NCBI GenBank assembly: GCA_025677605.1
Contig: GCA_025677605.1_4110.1
Source: a phage
Reading direction: 5' to 3' (one strand)
Length of the DNA: 64,000 nt
The number at the start of each line of letters is the position of its first letter. Positions within the stretch are counted from its first letter, which is position 1. The position numbers and the translations under genes are program-made. Positions 59,040-64,000 of the stretch are shown piece by piece. The notes under the pieces were generated by a model, which saw only the letters and a program-made list of their open reading frames with translations, ran no database searches and was not told where the DNA came from.

Positions 59040-59336
59040 TTATAAAAGATGCATTACATCTAAGATTGTGTACATGAAATACAATAGTAAACCCAAAATT
59101 ATGAGTAAAATTGTATACGAAATTTTAAAGAAATAATAAAAGTACTTTTCAGTTTTAGAAGAAAACTCACCATTTTCTTCAAGAAAACCACTCTTGAAAT
59201 CACTTGCCATAATCACTGATAAAAGAACAATGATTCCATATGTAACTATAGTAGCATAGAAGATGAACTCTGTCCAGCCTTGAAGATGTGATAATTCTGT
59301 CATTTTTTGTTTCCTTGGTTGATAATGTACAACCAT
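59040..59336 (-). CDS. small membrane protein (98 aa)
   Basis: Two to three predicted TM helices. Confidence 0.4.
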   Translation of the reverse strand: MVVHYQPRKQKMTELSHLQGWTEFIFYATIVTYGIIVLLSVIMASDFKSGFLEENGEFSSKTEKYFYYFFKISYTILLIILGLLLYFMYTILDVMHLL

Positions 59337-59430
59337 TATATCTTAAAATCGGGTGGCAGTACACCACCCTTAACCAAAATCATGAATTAGTATTAGGATT
59401 ATATCATTGCTTCATAAAAAATACAACTTT

Positions 59431-60036
59431 TTATTGAATGATTCCCCATTTAACGAGATCTGATCTTCGTAATACAACGATATCCTCACCATGTTTAGTA
59501 CTGATATCAATGAGTGTTTCAGCGGGGATACCGTTATGTGCGTACAGTGTAAAAAGATACCCAACTTTAGTTGAGACTTGATGTGTAAACTCCATCAACT
59601 GTCTAACTGAAACGAATGTCGTATCTGGATCTGCACCATTCGTAGATACTAGTGAGATGTTATGTAAACCCATCACTGCGGTATCACTCATATCCCTACG
59701 TTCAGATGATGCAGAGAAAAAAACCAGACTACAAGACGAATTACATTGCTTTGGGACATAAACAGTTAACTTTTTAGCAGCCACAAAAAATCCCAAATCT
59801 AATCCTGCATCAAAATCTCCACCAGGTGATGTTATTGTTATAATTTTAAATCTTGTTTCTTTCCACAACTTCTTCACTTCTTGTACAGTTTCATCATTTA
59901 GTTCACCATCAATTGACACAACATGTTCATTTAATAGAAAAACAGATGATTTTTTTGAAACTTCTGCCGCTGCCGGAAAGTTTAATGCAGCGATTAAAAC
60001 AACGGTTTGTACAATCTCTTTCAAGATTCGTTTCAT
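59431..60036 (-). CDS. exported ClpP/S49-like serine peptidase
   Basis: Signal peptide (…LIAALNFPAAA-EV) then ClpP-like ITITSPGGDFDAGLDLGFF block; GAGG RBS before ATG at 60036. Confidence 0.5.
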   Translation of the reverse strand: MKRILKEIVQTVVLIAALNFPAAAEVSKKSSVFLLNEHVVSIDGELNDETVQEVKKLWKETRFKIITITSPGGDFDAGLDLGFFVAAKKLTVYVPKQCNSSCSLVFFSASSERRDMSDTAVMGLHNISLVSTNGADPDTTFVSVRQLMEFTHQVSTKVGYLFTLYAHNGIPAETLIDISTKHGEDIVVLRRSDLVKWGIIQ

Positions 60037-60164
60037 TGATTACCTCGGATTTGAGTTAAGGAACATAAATAATAGTACAATAATTGATCAATTATGTCAA
60101 GTGCAAAACTGAACAATTATGACTGTAGTATCAAGTGTTTTTGTTAAGTTCATTGATTTACCAA

Positions 60165-60193
60165 TTGACCATTTGAACTATGGTATCATATTG
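60165..60193 (+). promoter_or_regulatory. candidate promoter for the plus-strand island (TTGACC-N16-CATATT)
   Basis: Good -35 but weak -10, in the divergent intergenic region; low confidence. Confidence 0.25.
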
Positions 60194-60234
60194 GGAGGCA
60201 GTTTACAATCCCATTTTTAAGGTAAGGAGATGTT

Positions 60235-60750
60235 ATGAAACCAATAGCTGGCTTAGATCAATTTCCATTTGTTATAGGTGGATTGCAGGTTACTGCTGCA
60301 AAGATAGAAGGGCAAGTATTTGTTAAAGAATTGTATGTTATAAAACAAAGAACATTCGATTCATATGATTTAATATCTGAAAATTTCAAGATTTACAAAG
60401 ATATAAAAATCACAGGTAGAAATAAAGATAAATCAACATTGTTGTATGATGATGACGATGCTGAAATTGCTAAATCTTTAGCAAATAATACATTTTGCAT
60501 AAAAGAAGCTGATGCTATTAATAATAAGTATGGTTTTGGTATTCAATATCAAAGTAATAAAATAAAATTACATAATGGTGAAATAATTTTCAGAAGAACG
60601 AACGTGGAGCCAAATTCGTTGTCTAAAGTTATAATAAAGCCAGATGATTTTGTTCTTTATTCAAATGATAAAATGCAATTCACTGCTTACTTCTCTCCGA
60701 AAGATTGGCCTGACCAAACCAGATTTCCACCGTATGCTCGTTTCCAATAA
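60235..60750 (+). CDS. hypothetical protein, paralogue 1 of the plus-strand island (171 aa)
   Basis: RBS AAGGAG 6 nt before ATG; N-terminal approximately 130 aa paralogous to 60855-63023 and 63081-63455; followed by a terminator. Confidence 0.55.
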   Translation: MKPIAGLDQFPFVIGGLQVTAAKIEGQVFVKELYVIKQRTFDSYDLISENFKIYKDIKITGRNKDKSTLLYDDDDAEIAKSLANNTFCIKEADAINNKYGFGIQYQSNKIKLHNGEIIFRRTNVEPNSLSKVIIKPDDFVLYSNDKMQFTAYFSPKDWPDQTRFPPYARFQ

Positions 60751-60761
60751 CTTTATATTTT

Positions 60762-60788
60762 AAGGAGTCTTCGGACTCCTTTTTTTAA
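60762..60788 (+). terminator. rho-independent terminator
   Basis: Perfect 8-bp stem AAGGAGTC/GACTCCTT with TTCG loop followed by TTTTTTT. Confidence 0.7.
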
Positions 60789-60811
60789 TCCTAAAATACT
60801 TTTGGTATAAT
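60783..60811 (+). promoter_or_regulatory. extended -10 promoter (TTTTAA-N17-TGgTATAAT)
   Basis: TGgTATAAT at 60803-60811, about 40 nt upstream of the ATG at 60855. Confidence 0.4.
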
Positions 60812-60854
60812 ATAAATAATATAACACTACAATACAATTTATAAAGGAAAGTAT

Positions 60855-63023
60855 ATGAAAGCAATATCTAGTGAAGGTAAATTGCCTTTTGGTATTGGTG
60901 GTATTAAAGTTTCTGTCGCTAAAATCGATGGTAAGGTGTTAACCGAAACTTTATATATTAACCGTCAACGTTCCGGTAACGTGTATGATCTCATCAATGA
61001 TAATGGTGATATCTATTACAAAGTTTCCATGCGTTGGTATGATACTCGTGGTATCGACATTCCAAATTCTGTTGAACCAGCAGACGCAATTAATATGGTT
61101 CAAGACAATTCATTCATGATCTATGTTGATGATGGTATTAGCATGGGATATACTATGCTTTATATGGGTCGTGTTATTAAATTAAATAATGGTCGCATCG
61201 TAAAACGCGATTATGTTAATGCTGATATCCCCGTAACTGGTGTTGTAATTACACCCAAAGATGCATCTCTTAAAGTTGGTGCAACAAAACAACTATCAGC
61301 CCAAGTAGTTCCATCTAATGCAAAAGACAAGGCAGTAACCTACTCTTCATCTGCTCCTACAATCGTTGAAGTTGATGCTCAAACAGGTCTAGCAACTGCA
61401 CTTGCAAATGGCAATGCTGATGTAACCGTAACAACTCACGATGGTGATTTCACAGATGTGTGTTCTATCGTTGTCAGTACTGGTGTTACAGGTGTTACTG
61501 TTTCTCCTAAAACTGCAACGGTGAATGTTGGAGAAACTCAACAATTGTTAGCTGAAGTTTCTCCTGCATCTGCAACTGATAAGAAAGTTACATGGGCTTC
61601 ATCTGCTCCATCCGTTGCAACAGTTGATAAAGATTCTGGGTTGGTAACAGGTGTATCCAATGGTGATGTTACTATTACTGCAACAACTGAAGATGGTTCA
61701 TTGACTGATACTTCTTCTATTAAAGTTCAAACAGCAGTAACTGGTGTTACGTTAACACCTGAAACATATACATTCACTACTATTGGTGCAAATGAACCAT
61801 TAACAGCAACGGTACTACCAAGAACTGCATCAAATCAGGAAGTTCGTTATGAATCTTCTGCACCTACAGTAGCAGAAGTTGATGATGACGGTTTAGTAAC
61901 TTCTGTTAATAATGGTACTGCCACTATTACCGTAACAACTATTGATGGTGAAAAAACCGCACAATCAATTATTGATGTGACGATCCCAGTAACTGGTATT
62001 AACCTAACACCTGCAACCGCTTCATTAACTTCTGTTGGTGCAACACAGCAATTAACTGCAACTGTTCTACCAGCTAATGCTCGTAACAAAGCAGTAACAT
62101 ACGCAACTTCTGCTGCTGGTGTTGCAACCGTTAGTACAAGTGGTTTAATCACTGCGGTAGCGAATGGCACTGCTAATATCACGGCTACTACTGCTGATGG
62201 TGGCTTTAGTAAAGTTTGTGCAGTAACTGTAGCAATTCCAGTTCCAGTAACAACTATTAATGTTACTCCAGCAACTAAAACATTGACTGCTGTTAACGCA
62301 ACTCAAGCAATGGCTGCTGAAGTTCTTCCAGCTAACGCAACTAATAAAGCTGTAACATGGTCTTCTAGTGCACCTGCTGTAGCGAAAGTTGATGCTAGTA
62401 CTGGTGTTGTAACTGCGTTAACTAACGGTACTGCAAACATTATCGCAACTGCCGCTGATGGAAGTGGTAAAACAGGTCAAGGTGTCATTACTGTGTCAAT
62501 CCCAGTTCCTGTAGCTAGTGTTTCTGTTTCTCCAACAACAGCAACATTAACATCTGTTGGTGCAACTCAACAACTAACACCAACTGTACTACCAGCTAAT
62601 GCTACTAACAAAGCAGTAACTTATAGTACTTCTGCTGCTGGGGTCGCAACTGTTAGTGCAAGTGGTTTAATCACTGCTGTTGCAAACGGTACTGCTGATA
62701 TCACTGTAAAAACTACTGATGGTGCAAAAACTGCAAAATGTGCTGTAACTGTTAATATTCCAGTACCAGTATCCAGCGTTGGTTTAACACCTAAAGCCAC
62801 TGATCTTTCACTATCAGGTACTAAAACAGTTCAACTAGTTCCAGAAGTTCTTCCAGCTAACGCAACTAACAAATCAGTAACTTATAGTGCAGATGAACCT
62901 ACTAAAGTATCTATTAGTGATGATGGATTAGTAACTGCTCTAGAAGAAGGTACTGTAGTCATTACAGTGACTACTGTGAATGGCAATAAAACTGATACTG
63001 CAACTGTAACAATCAGTGCTTAA
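60855..63023 (+). CDS. Ig-like (Big_2) repeat protein with paralogue N-terminal domain (722 aa)
   Basis: N-terminal approximately 130 aa paralogous to neighbours; then about seven tandem approximately 80-aa repeats with the Big_2-type pattern (VTGVTVSP…VTWSSSAP.VATVD..GLVT.V.NG.A.ITATT.DG); RBS AAGGAAA. Confidence 0.7.
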   Translation: MKAISSEGKLPFGIGGIKVSVAKIDGKVLTETLYINRQRSGNVYDLINDNGDIYYKVSMRWYDTRGIDIPNSVEPADAINMVQDNSFMIYVDDGISMGYTMLYMGRVIKLNNGRIVKRDYVNADIPVTGVVITPKDASLKVGATKQLSAQVVPSNAKDKAVTYSSSAPTIVEVDAQTGLATALANGNADVTVTTHDGDFTDVCSIVVSTGVTGVTVSPKTATVNVGETQQLLAEVSPASATDKKVTWASSAPSVATVDKDSGLVTGVSNGDVTITATTEDGSLTDTSSIKVQTAVTGVTLTPETYTFTTIGANEPLTATVLPRTASNQEVRYESSAPTVAEVDDDGLVTSVNNGTATITVTTIDGEKTAQSIIDVTIPVTGINLTPATASLTSVGATQQLTATVLPANARNKAVTYATSAAGVATVSTSGLITAVANGTANITATTADGGFSKVCAVTVAIPVPVTTINVTPATKTLTAVNATQAMAAEVLPANATNKAVTWSSSAPAVAKVDASTGVVTALTNGTANIIATAADGSGKTGQGVITVSIPVPVASVSVSPTTATLTSVGATQQLTPTVLPANATNKAVTYSTSAAGVATVSASGLITAVANGTADITVKTTDGAKTAKCAVTVNIPVPVSSVGLTPKATDLSLSGTKTVQLVPEVLPANATNKSVTYSADEPTKVSISDDGLVTALEEGTVVITVTTVNGNKTDTATVTISA
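61230..62990 (+). repeat. tandem coding repeats (approximately 240-bp period) encoding the Big_2 Ig-like domains
   Basis: Reiterated Ig-like domain units within CDS 60855-63023; copies are diverged, not identical. Confidence 0.6.
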
Positions 63024-63037
63024 TTTTTAATAATATA

Positions 63038-63059
63038 GTGCATGAAAATTATCATGCAC
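63038..63059 (+). promoter_or_regulatory. inverted repeat (GTGCATGA-N6-TCATGCAC) between paralogues 2 and 3
   Basis: Perfect 8-bp inverted repeat in the 57-bp intergenic spacer; possible operator or RNA hairpin. Confidence 0.3.
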
Positions 63060-63080
63060 TTTACTTGGAGAAGTATAATA

Positions 63081-63455
63081 ATGGGTAAACCAATTGCATT
63101 AACCGGAAGACTTCCTTTTTCTATTAATGGTATCGAAATTACTGGTGCTAAAATTAATGGAGCAGCTATTCTTGGTAAACTATATATTTTAAAACAACGT
63201 TCAGCACATACTTATGATCTAATCGATGAAAGCGGTAAGGTTTATGAATATGTTCAGATGGTGTATAGAAATAAAGATTCATATATCATGAATTTCGAAG
63301 ATTCAGATGAAAGCCTTGTAGAAAGCCTAAGAGATAATACTTTCTTCATTAAATTGAAAGATGAAGAAGCAGGTATTGAAGGGTTTTGCACTATGTACAT
63401 GATTCACAAAATTAAATTACATAATGGACAATACATCCTACGTAAAAAAGCATAA
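63081..63455 (+). CDS. hypothetical protein, paralogue 3 of the plus-strand island (about 124 aa)
   Basis: ATG at 63081 with GGAGAAG RBS; paralogous to the N-terminal domains of 60235-60750 and 60855-63023. Confidence 0.5.
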   Translation: MGKPIALTGRLPFSINGIEITGAKINGAAILGKLYILKQRSAHTYDLIDESGKVYEYVQMVYRNKDSYIMNFEDSDESLVESLRDNTFFIKLKDEEAGIEGFCTMYMIHKIKLHNGQYILRKKA

Positions 63456-63460
63456 TAAAA

Positions 63461-63487
63461 AAGGAGCCATAGGCTCCTTTTCTCATT
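63461..63487. terminator. bidirectional rho-independent terminator between convergent genes
   Basis: Perfect 8-bp stem AAGGAGCC/GGCTCCTT with ATA loop, A-run upstream and T-run downstream. Confidence 0.65.
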
Positions 63488-63743
63488 TATTTAACTTTTC
63501 AACAACATAATCAACATCAATTTGGTTATCATAGTAAATTGTAAAGCCAAATCTACCAGTTACTTTCATTTCACGACCAGTAGTGTGGCTAACATTCACA
63601 ATGTAGTACTTGTTATTATGCGGGGAAAAACGTACTTGATAATTCTTATTACCACGCATTGAATAATCAGTATCAACTAAACAATAGATAGCAAACAATA
63701 CAAATATAACAATACAACCTAGAAACAAATATACCATTGTCAT
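63483..63743 (-). CDS. small membrane protein (86 aa)
   Basis: N-terminal TM helix (VYLFLGCIVIFVLFAIYCLV); ORF in track. Confidence 0.4.
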   Translation of the reverse strand: MTMVYLFLGCIVIFVLFAIYCLVDTDYSMRGNKNYQVRFSPHNNKYYIVNVSHTTGREMKVTGRFGFTIYYDNQIDVDYVVEKLNK

Positions 63744-64000
63744 TTATTGAGTCCATTATCATAGATACAATTTACAATAATCCCAGCATCTTCCAGTACT
63801 TTAATAGCTTCTGGTGGAGTGCGAGGATACGATTTTTCGTAAATTACACGAGAAATACCACTACCAGCGATTAACTTAGAACAAGTATAGCACGGTTGGA
63901 GTGTGGTGTAAAGTGTTGCACCCTGACGTTCTTGTGGTGAACTATATAGTAATGCATTCATTTCCGCATGGATCTCATGAATGTTGCTCCACTCGTGATG
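63740..64000 (-). CDS. dCMP deaminase, 3' part only (N-terminus beyond the window end)
   Basis: C-terminal zinc motif LYTTLQPCYTCSKLIAGSGISRVIY; frame stays open to the window edge and reads …IHAEMNA… (the HAE motif) just upstream. Confidence 0.75.
   Translation of the reverse strand, partial: HHEWSNIHEIHAEMNALLYSSPQERQGATLYTTLQPCYTCSKLIAGSGISRVIYEKSYPRTPPEAIKVLEDAGIIVNCIYDNGLNK

Noticed and set aside
61230-62990. Possible CRISPR-like or non-coding tandem DNA repeat
   Set aside because: The periodicity is approximately 240 bp inside a continuous ORF and the units are diverged; they encode Ig-like (Big_2) protein domains, with no short repeat-spacer structure.

Overview
This 64-kb window reads as a contiguous segment of a large, low-GC virulent tailed phage genome, most likely a contractile-tailed myovirus of a gammaproteobacterial host. 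All calls rest on reading motifs in the supplied translations and DNA; no homology search, HMM or RNA folding was run. Coding density is very high and almost every gene is on the minus strand; the one exception is a three-gene plus-strand island at 60.2-63.5 kb.

Recognisable content, in map order:
- MoxR-type AAA+ ATPase plus VWA/HExxH protein pair (553-3356), fed by two tandem perfect-consensus sigma70 promoters.
- A block of uncharacterised, partly very acidic proteins (3709-10135).
- Tail module: sheath (12090-14753), two paralogous tube proteins (10147-11694), dNMP kinase.
- Nucleotide/RNA metabolism and host-takeover genes: macro domain, glutaredoxin, NUDIX, CCA-adding enzyme, ribosome hibernation factor (HPF), lysozyme, 2H phosphoesterase, thymidine kinase.
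- HNH endonuclease, spanin-like pair, an ACP-like protein, a 927-aa putative virion enzyme, a pol-beta nucleotidyltransferase, three tandem paralogues.
- Three tail-fibre paralogues sharing a C-terminal domain (39864-45901).
- Anaerobic ribonucleotide reductase NrdD/NrdG with a GrcA-type spare glycyl-radical protein (46124-49084); two deaminases.
- PIN-PhoH, then an operon encoding a SIR2-family protein translationally coupled to a NUDIX-like protein, a proteasome/HslV-like Ntn hydrolase and an exported ClpP-like protease (54715-60036).
- Plus-strand island of three paralogues, one carrying about seven Big_2 Ig-like repeats.

No tRNA, rRNA, CRISPR array, integrase or transposase was detected. 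The most promising candidates for an undescribed system are the SIR2/NUDIX-like operon with its adjacent protease genes, the promoter-to-terminator ORF-poor structured locus at 29.8-30.4 kb, the Big_2 paralogue island, and the nucleotidyltransferase-plus-triplicated-paralogue block.
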